This document shows, one piece after another, positions 14,410 through 23,280 of a stretch of DNA of 25,086 nucleotides (position 1 is its first letter; each line of letters opens with the position of its first letter). Below the pieces are notes generated by a model. The model had not been told where the DNA came from, made no database searches, and worked only from the letters and a program-made list of their open reading frames with translations. The translations under genes were made by a program, and so were the position numbers. Source of the stretch: a virus (Duplodnaviria > Caudoviricetes). Where the stretch lies: positions 1 to 25,086 of the IMG/VR virus record IMGVR_UViG_3300005764_000081; one strand, written 5' to 3'.

Positions 14410-14827
14410 CTTGAATATCTCGGCGCAGTCGATCAATGCGCTTATCGAATTCATCGGCTAGGCTATCGACCTGGTTTGACGACTCAAAAGTAATCAAACC
14501 TTGCCTAGCGGCAGCCCTAACCGTGAGTTTCGTCGAATAACCTTCCTCTTGCCAATGCCTCAACTGATAATCAAGGATTGCCCCGGCAATCCCTGTGAGA
14601 CTTGGCGAGATAGCCAGATAACGCCCAGTTGGCGGATACAAACCCCAAAGGATGCCAGCCTCAGCCGCAAGCTCTCTCACATGGCGCTTTACTCCGTTGT
14701 ACTGGCTTTCATTTAGCCCGTATCGTTGCTGCATTTCAGGGCCAGTTGGCCGGTCGTCCTTGAGTGCAAGCGACCAAATATCCCGGGCAACGTTTTGCAA
14801 ATCACGTCTCATCAAAAATCCCGTCAA
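14399..14827 (-). CDS. Hypothetical protein (possible winged HTH)
   Basis: 142-aa ORF; start may be near 14812. Confidence 0.65.
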   Translation of the reverse strand: MTGFLMRRDLQNVARDIWSLALKDDRPTGPEMQQRYGLNESQYNGVKRHVRELAAEAGILWGLYPPTGRYLAISPSLTGIAGAILDYQLRHWQEEGYSTKLTVRAAARQGLITFESSNQVDSLADEFDKRIDRLRRDIQDGS

Positions 14828-15341
14828 TCATCTTGATTAGCTCCGTGCGCAATTGGCCACGTTCCCAAGAGGATCCCGCTAGCCTGGCCATGTCACGCAC
14901 GATGCGGTCTAGGGTTTGCATCCAATCGTTTAGCGCATCCTCAGGCCCGTAATCGTTAAGCGGTTGAATCTCGCCATGCTGGCGGGCTTTAAAATCCGCA
15001 GTTTCCCGGGCAAGATCATGCGAGGATATTTCGGGCGGTTGGTTAATCGGTTGAGGCTTGGGCGTGCGTATCTGGCGGTTGGCTTGCTCATAAGCCTCAA
15101 CCCGCTTTTCATGATCGCCAGATATGCCAACGGCATAATTAGCGATCTTGAGCGAGTTAACGGCACGAGATACGACAGACTGATCGCAACCGATAGCATC
15201 GGCAATCTGTTGTTGTGTCTTACTGCCTGGTCCATCTAGTTCAGCCTGGCAACGCTCCGCAAACTCAAGCGTTGCAATCTTAATCTGAGTGTGAAGCTCA
15301 CGGAGACGAGCGATATTCTCAGGGCCGGATTGATAGCTCAT
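14802..15341 (-). CDS. HTH DNA-binding protein
   Basis: KTQQQIADAIGCDQSVVSRAV HTH; ATGA overlap. Confidence 0.8.
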   Translation of the reverse strand: MSYQSGPENIARLRELHTQIKIATLEFAERCQAELDGPGSKTQQQIADAIGCDQSVVSRAVNSLKIANYAVGISGDHEKRVEAYEQANRQIRTPKPQPINQPPEISSHDLARETADFKARQHGEIQPLNDYGPEDALNDWMQTLDRIVRDMARLAGSSWERGQLRTELIKMIDGIFDET

Positions 15342-15493
15342 GCTGTCAACGCCGCAATAACAAGCATAGTCGTAATAAAACCGCCAACCACCAACGCCGT
15401 AACCCTGGCAGCGGGATCCTCAGTCATATACACAGCGCCACCAACGCCCAACGCCATCAACGCGGCCGCCAGCCACATAAAATAAACAAGCAC
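15338..15493 (-). CDS. Small two-helix membrane protein
   Basis: GTG 15493; two hydrophobic segments. Confidence 0.6.
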   Translation of the reverse strand: MLVYFMWLAAALMALGVGGAVYMTEDPAARVTALVVGGFITTMLVIAALTA

Positions 15494-15497
15494 CGTG

Positions 15498-15848
15498 TCA
15501 CCATTCGAGCTTGACCGGCACAAACTTGCCGGATTGGTCGACCGTGGCCTGGCGCTGGTAAACCTCAGGGCTGACAACCTCGGCAACCTCAGTTTTGCGC
15601 TCAACCTCACGCACCCTCACACTCAATGACAGGTCACGGAAGCTCGCCACGTGGCGGAACACAGCCAGTTGATTGCTTTGGCTCGTGTAAATCCTCAGCG
15701 CACAGTCACGGCTGGGGCCATAGTCGCGGGTGCCCGGGGCCAGCGGGCCAAACGTTATCTTGGCGTTGGCCGGTATGTCTTCAACAATCGTCGCGCCGCC
15801 ATCCTGAAGCTCAATGAGTATTGACCGGGTCTTAGCTGTCGTTGCCAC
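15498..15848 (-). CDS. Conserved phage hypothetical protein
   Basis: IPANAKITFGP...ALRIY...QLAVF..V.SFRDLS pattern; GGAAG RBS. Confidence 0.75.
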   Translation of the reverse strand: MATTAKTRSILIELQDGGATIVEDIPANAKITFGPLAPGTRDYGPSRDCALRIYTSQSNQLAVFRHVASFRDLSLSVRVREVERKTEVAEVVSPEVYQRQATVDQSGKFVPVKLEW

Positions 15849-15864
15849 CTTGTTTTACTTCCCT

Positions 15865-16434
15865 TCACATTTCCACGATGCCGAAACCGACACGGTAATC
15901 CGGCCGGTCGTCTTCAATGACAAACCCTTGCCCCAAGTCATCCCACCATTGGCGCAACTCAGGGAACCACGGATAAGGGTGCCGTATGTCATGCACCATG
16001 GCCAAACCGCCAGGGCGCACCAATGGGGAATACATGCCCCAATCCGCCACGATGCCAGCGAGCGTGTGATCTCCGTCAATGTAAAGCACGTCAACCGGGC
16101 GCCCGCCAAGCTCCCAGACAACCCACTCAAGCGAAGCCTGAGCGTGGCTGTCGCCAAGATGCACGTTCGCCCCGTAAACGTCCTCAGGCGCCACGGAGGC
16201 GCCCGCCGGCGGGTTGTTACGGTCAGGCAGCCCGCCAGGCAGGGTGATTCCGTAAACGTTGCTTATGGCAAGTTGCTGCCACACGTACAACGTGCCACCC
16301 TCAGCGCACCCGATCTCAAGCAACGTCTTAGGCTGCCGTTCCTTGATAAGGTCAATGATTTGTGCCAACTCTCGCGGGTTTTGCTGGGCGCCCAGTTCGC
16401 ACGCCTCAAGGGCCAGCGCCCAAGGGTCAATCAC
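15865..16434 (-). CDS. Class I SAM-dependent methyltransferase (Methyltransf_24-like)
   Basis: LEIGCAEGGT; DVLYIDGDH; LVRPGG...HDI. Confidence 0.85.
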   Translation of the reverse strand: MIDPWALALEACELGAQQNPRELAQIIDLIKERQPKTLLEIGCAEGGTLYVWQQLAISNVYGITLPGGLPDRNNPPAGASVAPEDVYGANVHLGDSHAQASLEWVVWELGGRPVDVLYIDGDHTLAGIVADWGMYSPLVRPGGLAMVHDIRHPYPWFPELRQWWDDLGQGFVIEDDRPDYRVGFGIVEM

Positions 16435-16763
16435 GCCGCCTCGCCCCGTTTCTTGTTTAGCTCGTCATCTGCGAGCCGGCGAAAAACCAGGTAGTTATCG
16501 GCGTCCTCACCCTGGCCGACCATGCGGACAATCACACAAGGCGCCTCACCAGGTTTAGCGTTCCTCATGGCCTGGCGCATCCACTCTTGAGGGTTGAACC
16601 GGCCACGGGCCTTAACCTCAATCGCGTGCCCTGGCACGTCCTCAACATCCTTGCCGGGCAAGCTCGCTGGCGTGCCTTTAGCCTGAGGCCAGCCGTGCGC
16701 CCGAAGCCAGGCAACGACCACAACGTTTTGCGTGCGGCGCCCACGGTCAACACGGGAAGGCAT
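16431..16763 (-). CDS. Holliday junction resolvase-like PD-(D/E)XK nuclease
   Basis: RGRRTQ...GKDV...IEVKAR...W.RQA. Confidence 0.8.
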   Translation of the reverse strand: MPSRVDRGRRTQNVVVVAWLRAHGWPQAKGTPASLPGKDVEDVPGHAIEVKARGRFNPQEWMRQAMRNAKPGEAPCVIVRMVGQGEDADNYLVFRRLADDELNKKRGEAA

Positions 16764-16772
16764 CGGCGGGCC

Positions 16773-17225
16773 TCATGCTTGCACCGTTGGGCATTGCTGC
16801 GCACGGTCCCTCATCTGGCATGACCAGAAAGCCGGATACGGTTTACCCGTTCGCTGGCTGAATCCGGCCGGAACGTATTTCATTGGCCCGTGCTGACACG
16901 ACGGCACGGCAGCCGGCGCAGAGGATCCTGTCTGCGCTGACACCGGCGCCACATTTGGCGCATAGCCAGGGTTTTGCACGGTTGTGGTGCCAGCGGATTG
17001 CCAAGGGTCCAGCGTTGCGCCTCCCTGGCCCTGAGAGCCATTCTGAGCCCCGGCCCTACCGGGGGTATAGGCGGGTGCCTGTTCTCGCGTCTCCGTGCGT
17101 CCTGGCGCCTCCTGGCGGGTGTTTTCCGCCACATGTGCGGCGCTGCCTTCATACATCTTCCGCGCGACCGCATCGGCGAGCCGGTCAAGGAAGCTGTCAC
17201 TAACATCAATGCCAAGATCCGTCAT
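16773..17225 (-). CDS. Conserved actinophage protein with C-terminal Zn ribbon
   Basis: Low-complexity linker then CQHGPM...GKPYPAFWSC...QC. Confidence 0.75.
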   Translation of the reverse strand: MTDLGIDVSDSFLDRLADAVARKMYEGSAAHVAENTRQEAPGRTETREQAPAYTPGRAGAQNGSQGQGGATLDPWQSAGTTTVQNPGYAPNVAPVSAQTGSSAPAAVPSCQHGPMKYVPAGFSQRTGKPYPAFWSCQMRDRAQQCPTVQA

Positions 17226-18412
17226 GCTGCCAACTCCGTTTGCATAGCCTTACCCATACGGGCATCAATCAACGTCAAGTAATCAGGGTCACGCTCAATC
17301 AACACGCAGCGCATGCCCTCAAGGACCGCAGCTTCGGCAGTGGTGCCAGTGCCCGCAAACGGGTCCAAAACAAGCCCGCCAGGCGGGCACACGAGCCGCA
17401 CGAGCCAGCGCATCAACCCAAGCGGTTTGACAGTCGGGTGAACGGTCACGCCTTCCGCTGTCGGGCGCTCCCTCGTGCTGGCCTTCGGGTGGTATTTAAA
17501 GACAGGGAAAAACGTTGCCCGCTGCCCAAGCTCGCCCGCCACGGTTTCATCAACCAACACGTTCGGTGGCCAGCGTCCCTCAACCTCCCTGCCCGCATAG
17601 TCGTTATCATCGGGCGAGTTATTGAGCCTGGCAGCGTTGCCAGGCTTGTTACCCGCACGAGCGTTGACCCGCGCGTCACTGCCAACCCGGCAACCGTCAA
17701 CGTTGATACCGCCGGCACCGTACTCAAGTACATTACCCGCAACCGTCCCTTTAAAGGGTTTACGGGCCATCACAATCGGTTCATGCACCGGCTTAAGCGC
17801 AGTCCCCCAACCCTGCCACCGTTCACCCTCAGGCGTGGCCGGAATATCATCATCAACCTCCCGGTAACCATCCTCCGCTGCCTGACGTTTCCACGGTCGG
17901 TCGATACCAATACCGCCACCCAAAACATTGGAAGTCCATGGGACACGTTTCTTTTCCCGCTCAGCACCCAACCGTTTATCAATCATCCGGCTTATGTTCT
18001 GTGATTTGGGAAACCCGCTGCCGTACAACCATTCAAGGCAATCCCTGATCTCAAACCCGGCATCCTCAATACCACATGTCAAACGGTGATAGGTGCGTGT
18101 CCCGCCGAAGGCCAGAAGGTGACTGCCGGGTTTCAGGACGCGCAAGCATTCGCGCGCCCACATTTCGCACCATTCCTGATAAGCTCGTGAATTCTCGTGA
18201 ACTTGCTTAATCCTGCCGGGTTCACGCGCCGACCAACGAGGCCCGTACTCCGATTCAAAACCCGTTGCGTGTTTCCAAAACCGATCCCAATCCTTCCCCA
18301 TGAACTCCAACCCATACGGAGGATCACACACAATCACATCAACACTCTCAGCCTTAAGAGCTTGCATCACCTTGACGCAATCACCCTCAAGCAACTGCCA
18401 GCCATCAGCCAC
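17222..18412 (-). CDS. DNA N6-adenine/N4-cytosine methyltransferase (beta class)
   Basis: GDC, DPPY catalytic motif, HPTVKP, LDPFAGTGTT. Confidence 0.95.
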   Translation of the reverse strand: MADGWQLLEGDCVKVMQALKAESVDVIVCDPPYGLEFMGKDWDRFWKHATGFESEYGPRWSAREPGRIKQVHENSRAYQEWCEMWARECLRVLKPGSHLLAFGGTRTYHRLTCGIEDAGFEIRDCLEWLYGSGFPKSQNISRMIDKRLGAEREKKRVPWTSNVLGGGIGIDRPWKRQAAEDGYREVDDDIPATPEGERWQGWGTALKPVHEPIVMARKPFKGTVAGNVLEYGAGGINVDGCRVGSDARVNARAGNKPGNAARLNNSPDDNDYAGREVEGRWPPNVLVDETVAGELGQRATFFPVFKYHPKASTRERPTAEGVTVHPTVKPLGLMRWLVRLVCPPGGLVLDPFAGTGTTAEAAVLEGMRCVLIERDPDYLTLIDARMGKAMQTELAA

Positions 18413-18413
18413 G

Positions 18414-19208
18414 TTAGGCAGCCTTCAACGCTGGCGCTTGCAACTTCGGCGCCGGCTGTAGCACCCCATCAGCGTGCGCAACGTCAAAATCAAAAACCAC
18501 CTTCAACGCAAGGAACTGTTTAAACAACTCGTCAACATACGCTACGGGTGCGAGCCGGCTAAACGTTGGCCTAACATGCAACAGGGCAAAACGCTCAAAC
18601 TTCGGAAGCTCACGGGTCGACCCATCAGCCTCAAGGATGTAATCAGCTTTAGCCAGCGCCGCCAACTGCATCCCATAATCAGGGTAAAGATTCTTACCCG
18701 TTTTCGTGTCGGCAAGCACAAGCGTGCCACCAATCCGCGCCGACCAATCGGCCGTGCCCGCATACTCAAATTCATCCGACCAAACCGTAAACTCGCTATC
18801 AACCCAATCCGGCTTGTAATGCTCAGTGAAAAACAAGAACTGTCGCCACATTTGACGCGCCTGAGGGACCGCCGCGGCAACCTCATCCTCATCCGGCATA
18901 TCATCCTTGATATAACGGTCAATCCAATCATGCACAAGGTCACCAACCGCTGACGCACTCGACTTGGACGAGTCCCGCGCAAACGGCGCAGTCTTGACAA
19001 GCCGGTAAATCTCGTCAGGTGTCAGCCCGTAAAGTTTCCCCACGTTCTCAGAAGCGTACCGGGCAGCCTCATTGGCAGCCCAATACTTCAAACCATCAAT
19101 AGCCTTTTTGCCCTTAATGTTCGTGATCGACGGTACTTGAGTGCGCTTGGCAGGGTTGTAATAGTAACGCCCAAACGGCGTGTTGATGCTCAACGCTGGA
19201 GCTGTCAT
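18414..19208 (-). CDS. Cas4-like / PD-(D/E)XK exonuclease
   Basis: PSIT...L.YWAA...GDLVH...SE...YAGTAD...DTKTG...QLAA. Confidence 0.85.
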   Translation of the reverse strand: MTAPALSINTPFGRYYYNPAKRTQVPSITNIKGKKAIDGLKYWAANEAARYASENVGKLYGLTPDEIYRLVKTAPFARDSSKSSASAVGDLVHDWIDRYIKDDMPDEDEVAAAVPQARQMWRQFLFFTEHYKPDWVDSEFTVWSDEFEYAGTADWSARIGGTLVLADTKTGKNLYPDYGMQLAALAKADYILEADGSTRELPKFERFALLHVRPTFSRLAPVAYVDELFKQFLALKVVFDFDVAHADGVLQPAPKLQAPALKAA

Positions 19209-19336
19209 GCTGCCACGTCCTCAGGCTCAGGCTCAACCGGGCGCAACCCCGGCATAAGCAACGCCCGCCCCCGTGCGTCATAAAACGTTATCGACCATTT
19301 GACCGCGCCAGCGGGCACAGGCATTGAGATAATCAA
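19205..19336 (-). CDS. Small hypothetical protein (43 aa)
   Basis: TTG start overlapping upstream stop, GGAG RBS; ATGA overlap with the exonuclease. Confidence 0.5.
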   Translation of the reverse strand: MIISMPVPAGAVKWSITFYDARGRALLMPGLRPVEPEPEDVAA

Positions 19337-19497
19337 GGTATGTACTCCAAACGTGTGACCAACGGTTCTTGCAACGAGCGTTGCCCGCTCACAAGTTCGT
19401 CAATGTAACGGGCCTTGCACTCATCCGAGCAAAAAAAGCCCGTGTCCCGCCAATCGTTCGTGATGCGCCCGCATTGCTCACAATGATTAGCCTTCAC
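19333..19497 (-). CDS. Small Zn-ribbon protein (54 aa)
   Basis: GTGA overlap; HCEQCG...FCSDEC. Confidence 0.65.
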   Translation of the reverse strand: MKANHCEQCGRITNDWRDTGFFCSDECKARYIDELVSGQRSLQEPLVTRLEYIP

Positions 19498-19673
19498 TTA
19501 TCCTCAACCTTCCAATAGGCGATTCCCTCACTTGTCCAGTACATGCGCCAAACCGGCTTACGCTTGTGCGTGAGGCGCCGCCAGTTAATGCCAAACCATG
19601 TGGCCTTACCCGTCCAATAAATTTTGTCACCAATCCTCACGCCATACACTTTGGTTATGCGAGGCGCGCTCAT
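19494..19673 (-). CDS. Small hypothetical protein
   Basis: ATG 19673 in ATGA overlap; Trp/Lys-rich. Confidence 0.6.
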   Translation of the reverse strand: MSAPRITKVYGVRIGDKIYWTGKATWFGINWRRLTHKRKPVWRMYWTSEGIAYWKVEDK

Positions 19674-19909
19674 TGCTGCCCGCAAGTCACAATCATGCAA
19701 ACTTGCCGTTCCGCGTGGCGCACCTCTTGGAATAGGCGCACTGTCGCAAGCTCGCTAACGACTTGCGCGGCGCACCAAACCGTCACGAAAACGACAATGG
19801 CCAGGACTCCCCACCATGGAATCAGCCCCGAAGATGCGCCAAGGTAATAATCATTGTGACCACGACCGGGCATATCAGGCCCGTCAATACCGCTGCGCCT
19901 ATCATCCAT
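19670..19909 (-). CDS. Small membrane protein
   Basis: Hydrophobic WWGVLAIVVFVTVWC; start uncertain. Confidence 0.5.
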   Translation of the reverse strand: MDDRRSGIDGPDMPGRGHNDYYLGASSGLIPWWGVLAIVVFVTVWCAAQVVSELATVRLFQEVRHAERQVCMIVTCGQQ

Positions 19910-20100
19910 ATCCGATTCAACCGTCCCGCCGACTTGTCCTCAAGCCTCGCCACCCGCGCAAGCAAAGCGTCATGAGCTGAGACGCCAGCCCTAAGAGCCT
20001 CAATTTGAGCCTCGCCAATCGTCAGGCGGCGCAAAACTTCCTGATGCTCAGCGTCATACCGGCCCCACGTAACAGGGCCACCGTTGCCAGGCCCGCTCAC
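19822..20100 (-). CDS. Coiled-coil protein with C-terminal membrane helix
   Basis: GTG 20100 in GTGA overlap; C-terminal hydrophobic helix. Confidence 0.65.
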   Translation of the reverse strand: MSGPGNGGPVTWGRYDAEHQEVLRRLTIGEAQIEALRAGVSAHDALLARVARLEDKSAGRLNRIWMIGAAVLTGLICPVVVTMIITLAHLRG

Positions 20101-20189
20101 TTCCGCCACCTAACCCCGGCCCCGAAACCCGCAATAAACGCCAAGCCCATAAGCGAGGCAAACTCGGCAAGGTCAAGAAACCAGGTCAC
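20097..20189 (-). CDS. 30-aa membrane peptide
   Basis: MTWFLDLAEFASLMGLAFIAGFGAGVRWRK fills the operon gap; stop overlaps the next start. Confidence 0.45.
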   Translation of the reverse strand: MTWFLDLAEFASLMGLAFIAGFGAGVRWRK

Positions 20190-20565
20190 CCGACAGCACC
20201 AACTGAGCATCAGGGTACCGGCGCAAAAACTCATCCCCCCGGTAAACCCGGGAAAGCTCACCAATCAACAAACTTGCGTCATCCCGGTCAGGGTCGCCAA
20301 CAACCGAATAAACAAGCCAATAACGGTCATCAGCCTGCCAAATGTCACCCAACGTGGGTGGCCAATGCTCCGGCCTGCCCTTCGGATCCCGCCCAACCTC
20401 AATGTCACGAGGGTCATAAAAACAAACCTGATGCCACAAGTCAGACTTGTCTGACTCCACCGTCACACACGAAGGCCACACAGGGTCACAGTCAACAACC
20501 CTGCCCGTGAAACTGACCGTAACCCGCTCGCCAACCTCAGGCCGGCGGTTAAGCAAAGTGGTCAC
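20173..20565 (-). CDS. Hypothetical protein
   Basis: GTGA overlap; WPPTLGDIW motif. Confidence 0.7.
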   Translation of the reverse strand: MTTLLNRRPEVGERVTVSFTGRVVDCDPVWPSCVTVESDKSDLWHQVCFYDPRDIEVGRDPKGRPEHWPPTLGDIWQADDRYWLVYSVVGDPDRDDASLLIGELSRVYRGDEFLRRYPDAQLVLSGDLVS

Positions 20566-21368
20566 GCTGCCAACTCCCTCTCATACAAATCATTAACCCG
20601 CATACTGGGCTGTACCAAAAACCGGCAAAACATGCGCGCGGTCGGATCCTGAGGCCCGTTAGTGTTTTTCACCGGCGCAACGCTCAACGCTGTACCCAAC
20701 GCGCCCACGGTAAGCACAAGGCGCGGGATCTGACTGACTTTCCCTTGTATTGCCCACGAAGGTGGCGGAAGCCCCGGGTTATCCTTTGCCCACGATTCTG
20801 AGGCGTGGTGCAAAACGCAAAAGTGCGCGTGCGTCTCCCGGGCCAACCCGTCAAACTCCCGAAGGGCTTGAATCATGCTGCCCCAATCCGTCGGATCCTC
20901 AACCGTGTCAATCAAATTATCGACAAAAACAATGTCAGGCCACGTCCCGTGTATAGTCTCAAACGCCCGCATGTTAACCACAATGGCGTCAGTGTCGCAC
21001 TGCTGGTAAACGAATTGCGTGCCGTTAAGCAAACCCATGGCCTCAATGTATGGGCCTGTGTTACCGCGCATTAGCTCAGCTTCGACGTATTCCGCAGCAT
21101 CGCCGGTGAGGATCCCGCCAACCCGTTTGGCGACCGTCCACTCGTCACTGTCCGCGCTAAAGTAAAGCGCGCATTTTCCGGCGGTAGCCCACGCAACAAG
21201 GATGTTGAGCGCCAGCACGGATTTAAACGCGCCCGGGGCGCCAGCAATCAAGCTCACTGCCCCGTGGCGGAATTTGATCCTGTGCAAGTCAAACGAAGTG
21301 AACGGGTCAGGCAACGCCTGGCCCAGCTCGCCCGTCCTGCCAGCAAAACGCCTAAGGGAGTACATCAC
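20562..21368 (-). CDS. RecA/DnaB-like ATPase (helicase-like)
   Basis: Walker A GAPGAFKS, YFSADSD, Walker B IVFVDNL, VLHH, VKN. Confidence 0.9.
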   Translation of the reverse strand: MMYSLRRFAGRTGELGQALPDPFTSFDLHRIKFRHGAVSLIAGAPGAFKSVLALNILVAWATAGKCALYFSADSDEWTVAKRVGGILTGDAAEYVEAELMRGNTGPYIEAMGLLNGTQFVYQQCDTDAIVVNMRAFETIHGTWPDIVFVDNLIDTVEDPTDWGSMIQALREFDGLARETHAHFCVLHHASESWAKDNPGLPPPSWAIQGKVSQIPRLVLTVGALGTALSVAPVKNTNGPQDPTARMFCRFLVQPSMRVNDLYERELAA

Positions 21369-22051
21369 GCCGCCTCAGCGTGGCTCTCAGGCCCGCACAG
21401 GGCCAGCCACGACGCCAGCGCCTTGCCTATGTGCTCCGTGTAGACAGGGGGGAAGCTCTCACGCGCGTCATGCGGCCGCATCCAGTCAACGCCCATTTCA
21501 CGGCGCCACGCCGGCTCAAGGTCCCCAAACTTAACGCCAAAATGCGATTCCATGCGCCTACGGCCGGCAGCGTTATGCGGATTCATCACATACTTTGCAT
21601 GCTTGCAAGCCAATTGCGGAATCACAAAATTAGACTCAAAAAGCCGGTGACGGTTCACCCTCAGGCCAAACGACGTGCCGCACAATCTCACGGGATCCTC
21701 AAGCGGTGACCCTGGCACGTTCTCAATCACATACGGCAACCCGGTTGCCCGCAAAAACTTGCGCGCCGGCTCAATTAGCTGAGGATACTTGCCGGCCAGC
21801 CCTGGCTGACAGTTGCTCATGGCCGACCAATGCTGGCACGGTGGCGAAGCATGAATAAAATCAAAACCACCCTCATACACGGATTCAAGCAACCAACCCG
21901 GCAAATCGTTAAAATCAGCTTGCACAAAGCTAAACGGATAACAAGGCATCGGCTTGACATCAACGCCCCACATTTCAAAACCCGCCATACTGTAACCCAA
22001 CGACGCGCCACCGGCGCCGCAAAACAAGTCAAGGCCAACGAGGTCCATCAC
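21365..22051 (-). CDS. DNA C5-cytosine methyltransferase (compact type)
   Basis: LDLFCGAGG, ASPPCQ, IENV, RHRLFES. Confidence 0.92.
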   Translation of the reverse strand: MMDLVGLDLFCGAGGASLGYSMAGFEMWGVDVKPMPCYPFSFVQADFNDLPGWLLESVYEGGFDFIHASPPCQHWSAMSNCQPGLAGKYPQLIEPARKFLRATGLPYVIENVPGSPLEDPVRLCGTSFGLRVNRHRLFESNFVIPQLACKHAKYVMNPHNAAGRRRMESHFGVKFGDLEPAWRREMGVDWMRPHDARESFPPVYTEHIGKALASWLALCGPESHAEAA

Positions 22052-22605
22052 GCCGCCTTCAAAGGCCGGCCAACCGCCCAGCGAAGGCGCTTACTCGGCG
22101 TGTTGCCATAAAGGTAAACGCCCGCATACTTCGGGCAGCGCAACCCATGAGTCTTGGCGTGGCCGGCTACCTCATCACGGATGCGGTTAACCGTTGCGCC
22201 CGTGGAACGGAAATCGTCAATAATCAGGTACCGCCGGCCTACGTCCTCAAAGCCAACGAGCGTGGCGCTTCCGTGGTGCATGTCCGAAGGCTTCCGTATG
22301 GCCACAACAGGCACGCTCAGGGCCAGGGCCACGGCAGGGCCAACCAAGCTGCCAGACAGCCCCGTAACCGCGATGCTGTCAAACCTGAGGCCAGCGAACG
22401 GGGCCAGCTTCCTGACTGCCTCGTCAACCGTGTCACGGAGATCCGCAAGCCCGTAGTCACCCTGGTAAATCACAGTTTGCCCCAACGGGCGTAGGCCAGG
22501 ACAAGAGCAGCAAGCCCAATGGCCACCAAAACAAGCGCAAATTGCATTGCGGAAGCCTCCGGTAAACGGTTCCCCGTGCGCCCTTTGGTGGCGCGATGAA
22601 TTCAT
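22048..22605 (-). CDS. Type I phosphoribosyltransferase
   Basis: PRPP-binding loop YLIIDDFRSTGAT; AVTGLSG; IRK; true start may be downstream of 22605. Confidence 0.85.
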   Translation of the reverse strand: MNSSRHQRAHGEPFTGGFRNAICACFGGHWACCSCPGLRPLGQTVIYQGDYGLADLRDTVDEAVRKLAPFAGLRFDSIAVTGLSGSLVGPAVALALSVPVVAIRKPSDMHHGSATLVGFEDVGRRYLIIDDFRSTGATVNRIRDEVAGHAKTHGLRCPKYAGVYLYGNTPSKRLRWAVGRPLKAA

Positions 22606-22726
22606 GGTAAACCCAGTGGAGACGAAAACACTTAACCCAATAGTCCCGGCTTTTTCGGGACTAAAGTCCCGAATCTTGGAAAAAACGAAAAAACTTAAGC
22701 CGTTTTCGTCTCCGGTCGTGATACCA

Positions 22727-22882
22727 TAAGAATATATAGATAGATCGATCTAATAGATCGATCTAATAGATTGACAGCCCTTAAGGGCTGTCAATCACTA
22801 ATAACTAACTAATAATAGTTAAAACACGCACCTTCGGTGCGTGTTAATATATATATATATATATGATCGATCGATCTGTTAA
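22727..22882. repeat. AT-rich palindrome/tandem-repeat block (candidate replication origin or control region)
   Basis: Two TAGATCGATCTA palindromes, 28-bp perfect palindrome 22769-22796, 10-bp stem 22823-22845, (AT)n run, clustered GATC. Confidence 0.75.
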
Positions 22883-23280
22883 ATGCACGGGCACTTTTCG
22901 ACCGCGTGACTTCTGACGGCAAGCTCAACCTTGAGGATTTCCCGGTTCTTGCCGGTTCCGCTGGTCACCTTCGCTGGCCCGTGCGAAAAGGGGAATCTTG
23001 CCTGTCATCCCGTGGCCTCTGATGCAACGCCCAACAGACAGGCGTTAAACGTGGCGGGAGGCACCCGGCCACCCTTGAAAGGGCGCAGGCCTGCCGGGCG
23101 CCTCCCTGGCCCGCGCCCAAACCAGATTGAGCCCTGAAGCGCGGGCCTAACATGCAATCCTAGCGCATCACTTCCCAATGGGTATCACCGGCGCCCAAAT
23201 GCACGCCGGTGATCGTGACGGTTGCGGGACTGGCCGGGCCAGTCTGCGGGCTGCCAAGCCCGTTGCCATTGGAAAAACTC

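Noticed and set aside
15814-18953. Long plus-strand ORFs (15814..16494, 17240..18004, 18474..18953)
   Set aside because: Antisense shadows of well-supported minus-strand genes; no motifs
22769-22800. Divergent sigma-70 promoters from the two TTGACA hexamers
   Set aside because: No acceptable -10 hexamer at 16-18 bp spacing on either strand
22727-22882. CRISPR array or transposon end
   Set aside because: No regularly spaced repeat-spacer units, no cas operon or transposase; the Cas4-like gene is a typical stand-alone phage exonuclease
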